This document shows positions 21,490 to 32,491 of a stretch of DNA of 33,000 nucleotides, in pieces (the stretch's first letter is position 1; every line of letters starts with the position of its first letter). Position numbers and translations under genes: made by a program. The stretch covers positions 372,001 through 405,000 of the forward strand of contig RDEW01000003.1 of NCBI GenBank assembly GCA_011109175.1. The letters are read 5' to 3'. This DNA comes from Dicyema japonicum (Eukaryota > Animalia > Dicyemida). The notes under the pieces were generated by a model that worked only from the letters and a program-made list of their open reading frames with translations, had not been told where the DNA came from and searched no databases.

Positions 21490-23150
21490 GCGTAGCCCAT
21501 AAAAGGTTTCGCTTGGGTCATGCTTTGCAGCCATCCTCCTCGCCATTTTCGCCCACGTCATCTTGTTTTTGGCCCTCATTCGAACATCGTCTGCTGTCAC
21601 TAATTTACGACCTGTTGTTTCGTAATCATCTTTTAGCAAATTGTAAGTGTATTTCTTGGTCTGCCTCGAAATCCGTGATTTCCGATACAGTAGAAATATT
21701 CCTCCATTATTTTGTTACATGGCGTAGTCGGGTCCAGTCTAAGAATATACCAGATAGTTTCCATCTCGATAAAATAACGCCCATGCTAATTAGTCTAGAT
21801 TTACATAGAGTATATATTTTTCGTTTGAGATTTTTCTCCAGTCAATATGAGATTTTTCTCGGATTCCAGTATCTTGAGGTGTTTGGCAGAAGATTTCAGT
21901 CAATATGCGCAGTTGGCTTTTGTGAAAAGTATCATTTTTCGAAATTCCCCATGTTCTGACACAAAGTTTCAGTGATACGTGCTTCTTTCTTATCCAGATG
22001 TGGTACATTTTTTTTGCAGTATATGGTAGCCAGCTTTTTCCTCAGACAAAAAACTCGGCGTCACCTAGTAGTGAGCCGAGTTTTTTGTATGTCTCCAGCA
22101 TTCATCATTTCTTGATCGTTCGATTCGGTGTATAATCAGTTTTTGTAACATTTATGCGCAGATCCCATTTATTCAAAATAAGTTTGGCTTGGAGTAAAAT
22201 TTGGTCACGTGTTTCCTGGTCAGTAGAGACAAAGTCAACATCATCAATTATGTCAACGTATTTAAACCCATATCATTCCTCAGCTCCCTGAGGGCAGCTT
22301 TGAGGTATGTGCTGAATAGAATTGGCGATAATGAATCTCCTTGTAGAGTGCCCATGTTGGTATTGAAAGTCTTGAATGCTTAGTTCATATTCTCACGGAT
22401 AAATCAGTTTCAGTAAGTAATTGACTTATAGTCTCAGGAGTCCTCGTCAAGCAGTTCTTTTAGGATACTCATGAGTTTTTCTTTGTTAGATTAATTCCTA
22501 GGATTTGGGTGACTTTCGTATATTTCTGACATATTAATCCATCCAGTGATCCCTCTCTTTCCCAGGTTTTTGTATCGGAATTAAGAGTTCATGTCCTAAT
22601 GGAAGTGAACAGTGAACTTCCATAGACTCGTTTAATATATTCCGTGATTATATTTCAACAATAGCCGGAGCATGTTTTAGTAACTCGCCGAGATGCCACC
22701 ATAGCCAGCTGTAGGAATGGATTTGTGCCCTTTCGGTGTATGAATGCATTTGCCACTTCCTTTATTATAATTTTATTAGTAAGAGGTCTTGGATTTCCAA
22801 TAATTTGGTATATTCACCCCCCAACTGAATTAAACTGTGTCTTGGGGTGTTAGGCAATATGATTTGCTTTATTCCTCTGGGTTTTGTAGATTACCCGCGT
22901 TGTCGCAGATTTTTCAGCGGGTTTTCGCAGTTCCTCGTGTAATTTAACATCAGAAACACATTCATCTCCCAAACTGATGGTTTTCAATTTTCAGTCGCCT
23001 TATTTTCCGCTATTAGTTTCAGAGGTTATTTGATCGTTTTTCTTATCAAATGATATTTGGTTGCGTTTTCTCTTTGATGCACTTTTATTCGAACTTGAAT
23101 TTCCCGGTTCGAACGTATTTCCTTCTGCTGCCCAGACTCTTCTTACAGGA
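21490..23150 (-). mobile_element. RTE-like LINE reverse transcriptase remnant
   Basis: LQGDSLSPILFSTYLKAALR, a degraded YADDVDF, LLGDAEF and LD*TRLRH. Same family as 12185-14121. Confidence 0.8.
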
Positions 23151-23312
23151 TCATTAATAATACGTCTATTTGGTCTTTTCCCTGGTATTCAACAGTCTGT
23201 AGCCGAAAGTGTAAAGATATCCAAGATCTTCTCAAGGGGTGCGACTGGTTTCAACACCAGAGACATTTTGTTGGTATCTCTTTCGCCAAGTGTCAAAAGT
23301 CATCATATAAAA

Positions 23313-23621
23313 TAAGCCTTTCACGAGAGTCATAGTATTTTATATCTCCGCATAGGCAGGACACACACTTTATTTAAGTAAAGAACAGTTTATTTTTAAC
23401 TAATCGTAGAACCAAGGAATGATCTTCACTTCTTTTTTTCTTTTTCTTGTGTGAGTGTTCTTTCTAGACAATCCAGTTCCGCAGTGAGAATCCACTGATG
23501 ACGGCGTCAAACCTTTTGGCATCGTAGATGCGTGAACCTTCCACCAAGTGAACAGCAGCGAGATTCGAACCCGTAGCCTAAGCCACTTAAGCCCGACACC
23601 TAACCACTATGCCACCCGGCT
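23313..23621 (-). mobile_element. tRNA-derived SINE, family 1 (complete head)
   Basis: Starts AGCCGGGTGGCATAGTGGTTAGG (A box) and contains GGTTCGAATC (B box). The body is colinear with 403-721. Confidence 0.85.
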
Positions 23622-24109
23622 AGATTTTTTTACTTGCTATATATTTTCGATAGGATTTGTAAAGATTTTGAATTAATTTAAAATAAAAATAAAAAATAAA
23701 TATTAAAAAAAAGTGCATTATATACTATAATTGCTTCTGATTACCACATGGATTTCGTTCGTATCTGTTACAGAATTGCACAATCGTACTTTCACTTTTC
23801 CCATCAGGCTTCATGACGACCATAAGATGGCCATTTATTCTTGTCCCAGGATCCACATCTGAGTTCTGCACAGACCAAATACACTTGTCAGTTCTCTGGG
23901 AGTGCCCCGCTCTTGTCTGTGACGTTCTTGTTAGCCACCGGTTTCTTTCAATCGAAGGGACTTTGGATAAATATTAAAAAAGTGCTCTTATAAGTTATCC
24001 TAGTAAAGCAATATTAATGATATCTCCGAATTTTTTAAATAACCTCTAGTATAACCATTTTTATCGTGGTGGTGACATTTACACATGTTTAAAAGGCGTT
24101 TGAGACATA

Positions 24110-24540
24110 AAAAGAACTAACCATTTTATCTTCGACACTAGAGGACTTAAAGATGTGACAAATGACGCTCTCAATGTTCGGGCATTCAAGATCTGTATGC
24201 TGCCTGAAGGAAAAGAAGATGGCAGGTGGATTGTACGAGGAGCATGGAAACTGTGTTAATCTTGCTTCCTTCGGATTCGAAACATTTGGTCAAGGATTTG
24301 CTATGCATAAGGGTATTGTCCCGTGTTTGTACGGATACTTGAAAGTTAGCGACAGGATCTGTGTAATACAATTAAAAAAGAGCCCAATAGAGTAGAGGAG
24401 GTTATACTACGATCATATATGTCTGTGCTCCACACAGCATTCGTCTAATGAGGAATCCTGAGAACTTTAGCAGTTCTTACGAGGAATTGGCTAGAATAAT
24501 GACAAACTTTGCTCTTCTTATCAGCTGCTCGTTGCAGGAG
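24110..24540 (+). mobile_element. RTE-like LINE APE endonuclease fragment
   Basis: GQGFAMH...KVSDRICVIQLK and a following YAP-like region, matching the APE part of 12185-14121. Confidence 0.55.
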
Positions 24541-24699
24541 ACTAGAATGGAAACAAATCCTGTCTCACTTGTTTATGAAATTTCTACCCCGATTTCTGTA
24601 AAAGTCGTAGACAGAGATAGTTTTTATCCGTCCAGAGATTTTATATCATCTCCATCATTCTCATATTGTATCTTTTTCTCCTTCAAGTATTAAATTGAA

Positions 24700-25310
24700 G
24701 AATGGATTAGATCCTTCACCTTTAGAAGGATTGGATGACGAGGCCATGAGAATTGGGGTTTGTGCCCGCCTGGGAGTTGATGTTAGCTAGCTCATTGCTA
24801 TAGATGTGAAGGATATTCGACGCTAAAGGTTTTCGCACTTTCTCCTGCCAAAAGTGGTGGAAGGAGTCCAAGGCACAGAGCCATCAACGGATTTATTACG
24901 TAGGGACTCCGAAACCATCGGATTCCAGGTTCAGTCGGAGCCTCTCGGACTGATCTTTGCAAACAAAAAACCTGACGGGAAACTTTCTTCCTATGTGATA
25001 GCGGTAGATATCCCGCCTTAGACACCACCTGTGTAGATGAACTCTCCCTTGTATTGACGGCAAATCATCCATGGATCAGCCTCGAAAAGGACCGAGAGCC
25101 TAAAGAAATATGAATGTCTTGGGGGACAGTTCATTTTTGAATCAGTCGCCGTCGAAATATAAGAGTAATTGGAAGTAGATCACTAATAGTTGTTCATGCA
25201 TAAAGGTTGTCCTAATTGAATATAAGCGAGAGGCTATATGCTTATATCCAATAATTATCACTAAAGAAGACCTGAGAGGAAATAGCCAAGCAGTCAGGCA
25301 TCCGCTATAT
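24700..25310 (+). mobile_element. CRE-like non-LTR retrotransposon 3' remnant
   Basis: LDDEAMRIGVCARLG, SEPLGL..KKPDG, LDTTCVD, KKYECLG..F..VAVE and LRGNSQAV. Confidence 0.75.
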
Positions 25311-25369
25311 CTCCTTTAACAGATAAATTTAAAAATTTTATTTGCAATCAAATTCAGTTACAAATCTCG

Positions 25370-25720
25370 GCAAAGGCGTTCAACCAGGAACCTGTTGAAT
25401 GGCTGTTTGCCGTTTTGAGGCATGCAAGTCTTCTCGCATCCCCAATGCTCTCAAAGTGCTTCCTATTTTTTCAAAGACACTCTTTCTGATTAAAGTATAG
25501 GTACTTCGACAAGTCCACAAGCTCTCGATTGTGTCATAGATACATTCAGTCCAGAATAAGAGTTAAGGACTGTATCCATAAAATTTTTTGAGGAGCCACA
25601 AGAGGAAAAATATCACTGAACGGTAATTCCCAATCCTCCAAAACAAACAAGCAGAGTTACTGAAGCCATTTTTTCTTCTCGTGAGCATGGACGAAGTGAC
25701 TCAGGAGACCTCGAAACTCT
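25370..25720 (-). mobile_element. CRE-like retrotransposon internal fragment
   Basis: TLLVCFGGLGI resembles ATLPV..GGLGI, and RLACLKTANSHSTGSWLNAF resembles RL.....PHSGAWLNALP. Confidence 0.55.
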
Positions 25721-26699
25721 ATGCTCCGAAGAAGGAAAGATAACATTTGGTTACTATATTAACCTTAGACTAACATAAGCAACCACCACTTAAAACAATC
25801 GAATGGGAGGGTTAACGGATTAGTGAGTTCTGGAGTAGCTCTCAATCAACCATCCCTCTTCTGGCTATTTCTCTGTTTTTTGAGCGTAGGGGTATCTAGT
25901 TGGATCCAAGTATCTCCGAGGTTTCGACTGGGTTATTAGCCAGTTTACAATTCTCGTTGTTAACCTTGAATTATGATAAGTCTTTGATGTGTTTAAAGGT
26001 CAAATTTATCGACTAATATATAGAATTGCTCCTAGTCCTTGGTTCTTGTCAAAAGAAATCCCATTGCTTTTTCACGTGAAAAAAAAATTTCTGCGGGGTT
26101 ATTTTATTTTAGAAATTATGCATAGAAACATGGATTCCTTTGACAGGTGGAAACGATTTTTTTGGTTATCTCAGAGTCATTAGAAACTGGGTCGGATTGT
26201 AGGGTCTAAAATCATTTCCATTTACATGAATTCAAAAATAAGAAATTAGAGGTAGGGCAGCCCAGACCGATGGCTATCTCCTCATTGGACTGCGAGGAAA
26301 ATAGGCTCAGTCAAATTGAACCGAGAGTTGGTTTTCAAGTATCAAAAATCGGCATTATAGGGAAGTGAAAACTTGAATTTCGCTTGAAAAAGGATCTTTG
26401 ATAAAGCGAGCTTGAATTTCGCTGGAAAAAGGCTGTTGTTAAGCCAAAATCAATAAATTTTAAATTCAAAGAAAAATCTGTTAAACCGCAATTTACATAA
26501 AAATCAATATAATATTTTGAACTCAAAATCATAAACCACAGGTTGACAGCTTCACCTTTGACTGTCTACTATCTGATTCCTCGGCACAGCTAAAATAACA
26601 GAGCACGTGTATAATACTAACATATTCATTATTTTATTATTCATTTAAGCACTTTACGAGAGCCCCGCATGTGCAGCAAAAGAAACAAGGTTAGATGTC

Positions 26700-26855
26700 A
26701 TCCTTTTCCATGCTCCCCTGTTCCTAGCCAAAGCTCTCATGTTGTCCAGGTCGTTGGCAATTTTTTAGATTTCTTTTGACATTGACCAGGTCTTTTTGTA
26801 AAACTATTGGCAGTGTCGTTTTAGGTCTTCCACGATAGCGGCCTTCTTGACAAAC
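26700..26855 (-). mobile_element. RTE-like LINE 3'-end fragment
   Basis: GRYRGRPKTTLPIVLQKDL, homologous to GFRGRPRCTLP at ~12380. Confidence 0.6.
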
Positions 26856-27273
26856 ATATATGTTTCCAGAGATATGTTCGGTGGGGATGTTAATTCCATC
26901 CTCAGCACGTGTCCGAAGAGCTTCCATCGGGATTCCAGTACTTTTAATAACATATTCATATTCTTTGAAATTATCATAAATAAATTTAAATTGCAACAGT
27001 TTGGGGTTTTCTCAGAGTCATAGAATAAATAATCGATACAGATTTATATTAGGGTGATCGATTGAGAATTAGTCCAACCACTGTTCTCCGATTTTGCCAT
27101 TTTTTCCTCAAAATGGGGTATTTGAGGTAATTCTGTCTACCTGCTTTATCATTTGAAAGCAAAAAATTATAACAAAGTATGAAATTAATTAATAAATTTA
27201 ATATTATATTATTTCACGTAAATTCTTAAATTACATAATTATTAACTGATTCTGACTACTTTCTGTTTGTGTT

Positions 27274-28996
27274 ATGTCTTTTAACGGTATGTCGCTCACG
27301 AATTCTATGAAATCTAACCTTAAAAGTTCTTAAATTGTAACAAGCCATAGGGATGGGGATAAATGATCTCTTCACCGTTCAAAAGGAGGCATACAAGCCA
27401 ATATCTAGTGGAAGTGACATCGTGATTCACTCCAGTCTGCCTTATTTTTTCAAGTGTAGAGACTGGTAGCGGGAAGACACTGGCTTTTGGGATCCCTTTG
27501 ATGGAGCGTGTTGTTTCGGGTGATGGAGTTCAACTTCTGGCCTTGGCTCCTACTAGGGAGCTCGCAAGACAAATATCAGGACAGCTCGAACAACTCAGTC
27601 ATGCCAGAGTGATCCCTGTTTACGGGGGAGTCGGGATTCAAGACCAAGGTTAGATTCCTGGTAATCTTTAGTCTGGGACCTCAAGAAGGGAGTTGACGTT
27701 GTGGTTGGCACTCCTGGAAGGGTTATTGACCTGATTGGACGAAGAGCCCTTATTTTTACAAAATTGAGATTCTTGGTGGTGGATGAAGTTGACAAGATGA
27801 TGGATATGGGATTCAAAGATTCGGTCGAAGAGATAATCAACAAAGCCTTTTATTCGCCCTCCTCCAAACCACAATTGGTGTTACTTTCGGCCACAATGCC
27901 TGAATGGGTGTACTCTGTGACCAAAACATATATGAGGGACCACAAGTTAATAAAAACAGTGACCACAAACTCAAAGACCCCCTCTTCAGTTAGGCACGTG
28001 GCCGTCAATGTGGAATACTGGGGTCTTATTCCATCGTTAAATCACCTGGTGTTGGGTCTGTCGAGTGGGCGGGCCATAATTTTCGTGGACACTAAACAGA
28101 TGATTTCTGATATTGCTAATGACCCCGATTTGGAGTTTTCCGTAGATGTGCTCCACGGAGACATCGAACAGTCGCGGAGAGAACATGTCCTCAATGTTTT
28201 TGTTTAGCTAATGGCAGGCCTTTAGGGACGGACATGTGAAAGTGCTCCTTTGCACGGATGTGGCTTCTAGAGGAATAGACATACCCGACGTGGAGCTTGT
28301 CCTTCAGTGCAACCCTCCGCGTGACCCCGATAATTACATCCACCGATCAGGCCGCACAGGACGGGCTGGAAAAGAAGGACTCTCCATTTGCTTGTATAAT
28401 AATATGAACGGCTATGACGAACGATTGCTTACGCAAATCGAAAAGAAAGCTGTTTGTTATTCCTCATATTTTAGGGTTTTTTGTTCGATTCTGCCCCTTC
28501 CGTTTCGGACGCTGTTTTGGCTCAGATTAGAGAGTTTGGATGGCTGTAATCTGTAGGAAGGTCAAGTCTGTTGAGGCCAATGATGTCGAAAATTACATGG
28601 AAGCTGCCAGTATTATGCTATCTTCTGATGGTTCCCGGGACATGGTTGCTGCTATGATGTCTCTCTTGTTTGCTGAAAGATCTGGGAGAGAGGTTCTGTG
28701 AGTGATTGACATTTTAGGTTGCTAGCCTGAATGACACATTTAAGCAGGACTTTTCATTCAACAGAAATCAATACAGGAATGAGAATTTCTCTAGAGGTTC
28801 TGCGTATAGACGGGAAAACACTGGAAAGAGTTTGTCGTACAAGCAGAACTACTCCAATGACAGGAGGTTTTCCAATAGAAACGACTATGATGAAAGAAGA
28901 ATGTCTAACAAACAGGATTTCAGGCGATCTCGCGATGATTTCTTTAGTAAAGGCGGTAAAGATCTTAAATGGGAACGTGGATCAAAATTTTCTTAG
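27274..28996 (+). CDS. DDX21: DEAD-box RNA helicase, DDX21/DDX50 (nucleolar RNA helicase II) subfamily, ~518 aa, 8 exons
   Basis: Introns 27326-27350, 27435-27459, 27649-27671, 28196-28217, 28452-28474, 28534-28556 and 28693-28717. Motifs [70 protein letters not shown]...[12 protein letters not shown]. Confidence 0.9.
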
Positions 28997-29659
28997 AATT
29001 TTCTAGCAAAATAATTTTTCTTTCTTATAAATTGTTATTATTTTCATTTTATGTGATTAAGCCAATTGGTTCCTAATACTAGTCTGATCTTGTGTGCTTC
29101 ATGTCATGGAGTCACGTGGTAGCCGAATGGTCTTTTTCATTCTAAGGTTTTTGCCTGTCATTTGACGTTACTTGTAAGTGTGGTGGATGGTTTCCATAAT
29201 GGAAAGCAAGTACCTTTCGAAGAGATCTCATGAGAGGACATATAGCCTTTCCCTGCTCTAAAAAAGAATGATTAGATTTAACCTGCCACGAAAAACCTTT
29301 ATGGTAATTTCAATGGTAATTAACAGGGAGCTATCTACATTTTGTTTCCATGGAAACCGCACTCCTCTTAAAGAAAATCTAAATTTCAACCTCCCCTGTT
29401 CAGATTGATCAGAAATTGTTTTGTCTTGAATTTTTAATAGTTTTAGATTGATGATTTAAAACACCGGACAACTAGCTAAATGATGGTGACGTTCATCCGG
29501 TTAAAAAACCTCTTCAAGATGGATGTGACCTCTCGTTTCATTTTTCATGTGAATGGCCGAAATGATGCACTCAGGGGACAGTCGATAATGAAATTTTGAA
29601 ACGATGAAGCGTCGAAAACATCATGCCCAGGATTCGAATATCGTCTGGCACAAAATTGG

Positions 29660-30020
29660 AAGAACTAATTAAGTGATTCCAGCTTTTAGCAAGTCCCACA
29701 CTCTCCTCAAGTTGACCGTCAGAGATCCCATCGCCATTCGGAAATGTCTTTCCGGTCGAGATTCCTTCGCATGGGTCACCCGGTCCTGTTTCTTTACAGG
29801 AACACAGGAAACCCTGGCTATTGTTTCTTCTCGGCTTTTCTGAAAGGAGATGAACAATTGATGCTTTTTCGTGTTAAGGAAGAGACCGGCGATATGTTCA
29901 ATTCTCGAAGGGGAAAAGGAAAATTTCTTGAGATTTGCTCAAATAGCAGCGATCACGGAAATATACAAAAACCAGATTCCATAGACGGCCGAAGAATTCG
30001 AGGGAGGAATTGCAGCTAAG
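29660..30020 (-). mobile_element. LINE ORF2 C-terminal remnant (I/Jockey group?)
   Basis: SREETIARV...RVWDLLKAGIT* followed by TTAGTT. The GIT-stop terminus is the same as at 30400 and aligns with the start of the SINE tail. Confidence 0.5.
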
Positions 30021-30351
30021 AGAAAGTGACATTGTCGTGGACAATATTTATTTTAGGTGACGTGAAACCCATCTCCGTTTGGAAGGGTCTGATTCGCGTC
30101 GCAATCGAATTTCCGATTTTGTTGACAACTCCCTACCTAATCTCTCAGCAGTTCCAGAGGTTTAGAATGCCATTAAAACAGACGGAAGTGATCTCGAAAG
30201 GTCGAGTATTCCTTCAGTTTCCTGTATTAAGGAGAATAGTTAACAGAAATCAAAATTTTTATATTAATGAGTTAAGATTTTAGACTGACTTTAATCGTTC
30301 CAGGTGAATGACTTTGATTTTAATTTGACTGTTGCTGGTTATTTGAGCGAA

Positions 30352-30680
30352 TTTATTTTATTTATTAACCCCTGGATCATCGAGAAAGATGCCAACTAGT
30401 TAGGTGATTCCAGTTCCCGCAACCAAGCGTGCTATCCTAAGCCTGTGCGTCTCCACTGTTCCCACTGCTGAACGGAAGTTCTTTGATCTTTGCAGAAGAA
30501 ACCGATTGGCGACGGAAATTCTTTGCCAACCGATTTTCTTTTGCGTGAAACAGTGAGAGATTGAGTGGGTGTCCATCTTCCTCGCAAATGCGGAGAAATC
30601 CGGAACCACATCTATGAGTTGTAGAGTCCGTCAGCAGGGGAATCTGAGAGGGAATATCTACGCAGTTGGAGCGGCCTTTG
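30352..30680 (-). mobile_element. LINE 3' end (ORF2 C-terminus and 3' UTR), putative partner of SINE families 2 and 3
   Basis: The ORF ends ...RFLLQ....R...VAGTGIT*, followed by CTAGTTGGCATCTTTCTCGATGATCCAGGGGTTAATAAATAAAATAA. Confidence 0.6.
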
Positions 30681-30849
30681 TGTGATCTCGGCTGACTGTT
30701 TCTTTATTTTAATAAAACATTGATTTTTTACAGGCCACTTAATAAATTAATTGATTACCTTGAATTAAGTATAATTTTCATCACTTTGACAACGCCGCCT
30801 TATAATCATGGTTATAAATCTCCTTGAATTTGACTAAGTAATAGTTCGA

Positions 30850-31325
30850 TCTTTTTTGTCGAATAAGTTCAGGACGGTTCCCAAGGATCAACGGAATTGT
30901 CAAGCGAGCCTTGGAGTCTGCGGGATACCCAGCCATACTAGAACCTGTTGGCCTGGACAGAGGAGACGGAAAACGTCCCGACGGGATCACAATTTTCCCA
31001 TTCGAAGAGGGAAACCTTTGGTCTAGGACGCTACTTGTGTCGACACGCTTTGCCCGTCCAACATTGTCGGGAACGCGGTAGACACACTGTATTCCGCGGA
31101 AAAAACGATGAGGACAAAGGAGAAGAATACGAAGCGCTACGCGACCGATTCGCGTTTTATCCGATAGTGGTCGAGACAACTGGAGGAATAAGTGGAAAAT
31201 CGCTTCGCTTCCTAAAGAAACTTGGACGCTTAGCTGCACTAAAAAGCCACGACGCACGTAAGACCCGGTGGCTACTCCAGTTGATCTCTGTTGTGTCAGC
31301 GGGGTCCACTTTGGATGGATGGTAG
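30850..31325 (+). mobile_element. CRE-like non-LTR retrotransposon 3' remnant (RLE domain)
   Basis: INGIVKRALESAGYPAILEPVGLDRGDGKRPDGITIFPF...DATCVDT...YPIVVETTG...FLKKLG...WLLQLIS. Confidence 0.88.
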
Positions 31326-31599
31326 TTTTAAATAAAAGAATAAATTTGTGTTTTTAATAAAAGAATTAAATCTGAAATAACACAGACAAAAAATCAAAAT
31401 TAAATGGCCGCAGCTTTCATTACAATTAATCTGATTTGTGTGTTTATGACTAAATTTGATCAAACTGTGCTGCTTAGTTATACTAAATCCCACACATCCT
31501 TACTTTAGTAAGACCATTCACTTTCCTCTAAACCGTCATGATAGCTTAGTTTATTTCACGTTTCTTCAATTCTTCTTCATTCAATAAGGAGTTTGACAT

Positions 31600-32430
31600 T
31601 CCATAGGAAACATGCCACAGATATGGCAAACAATTTAAGAAATTGTGATGAATCGTAACATTCTCCCTTTAATATGGAAAAAAGCTGTCGTGAGGATGAT
31701 TCCAAAACCAGGGAAGCCAAAGAGAGATCCGGCAAGCTACAGGCCAATTAACTTAAAAAAGTGATAGAACGTATCATTTTCAAAAGGCTAAGCAGACATA
31801 TAGAGGAGAATGACTTTCTGATTCCGGAGCAGTGGGGTTTTCGTCCGGAAAAGGCTGTGCAGACTGCTTCTTTCTAATGAATTTTGAAATCATGAAAGTA
31901 AGGGATTCCAAAAGACAAATAAACTTATTATGTCTTGATATCTCGAAAGCCTTGATATCTCAACAGTGTATGCCATGAAGCGTTGTTAACGCAGCTTATA
32001 TCAGCATGTGTTCCAAGATACCTATTTGTTTGGCTAAGAAATTATCTTCAGGAAAGAAAATCTTTTCTGAAGATGTGTGGAAATATATTTGATGCAATAT
32101 CATTCAAGAGAAGAGTACCACAAAGTTCACTTTGTACAAAAAAGTTACACGTCAGCCGACACATAACTGTTCATCTTCAAGGGAGTTATTCTCCCTAGCC
32201 TGCTTTATTGGTGAGAGGGGTGGTTCTTCTCTTCAAAAGGGGAGATCTTATCCCTCCTAGAGAAGACAAAGAGAGCTGCAATTAAGCTCTCCTTAAACAA
32301 GAAACTGAGAGACTGTCTAAGCGAGGACGAAGACAAGCTGTTAGAACGGATTAGCAAGAATGTGGAGGATCGGCTCAATGGTTTCAGGAGGAGATCAAGA
32401 AACCAGAACATACAGCGATACAGATAAAAA
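31600..32430 (+). mobile_element. Jockey/I-group LINE reverse transcriptase remnant
   Basis: WKKAVVRMIPKPGKPKRDPASYRPI, EQWGFRP, LCLDISKA, WLRNYLQER and VPQSS. Confidence 0.8.
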
Positions 32431-32491
32431 ACGGAACACTCATTTTCTCGATTTTTTCTATTGAATGATTAATTTTTCAACAAAAATAGAA

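Noticed and set aside
23494-23515. CTGATGACGGCGTCAAAC in SINE family 1 (antisense) as a minimal hammerhead
   Set aside because: The GAAA core is missing in both copies and the stem II closing pair is wrong.
23545-23621. Functional tRNA gene
   Set aside because: A and B boxes are present, but there is no complete cloverleaf and it continues into a repeated SINE body.
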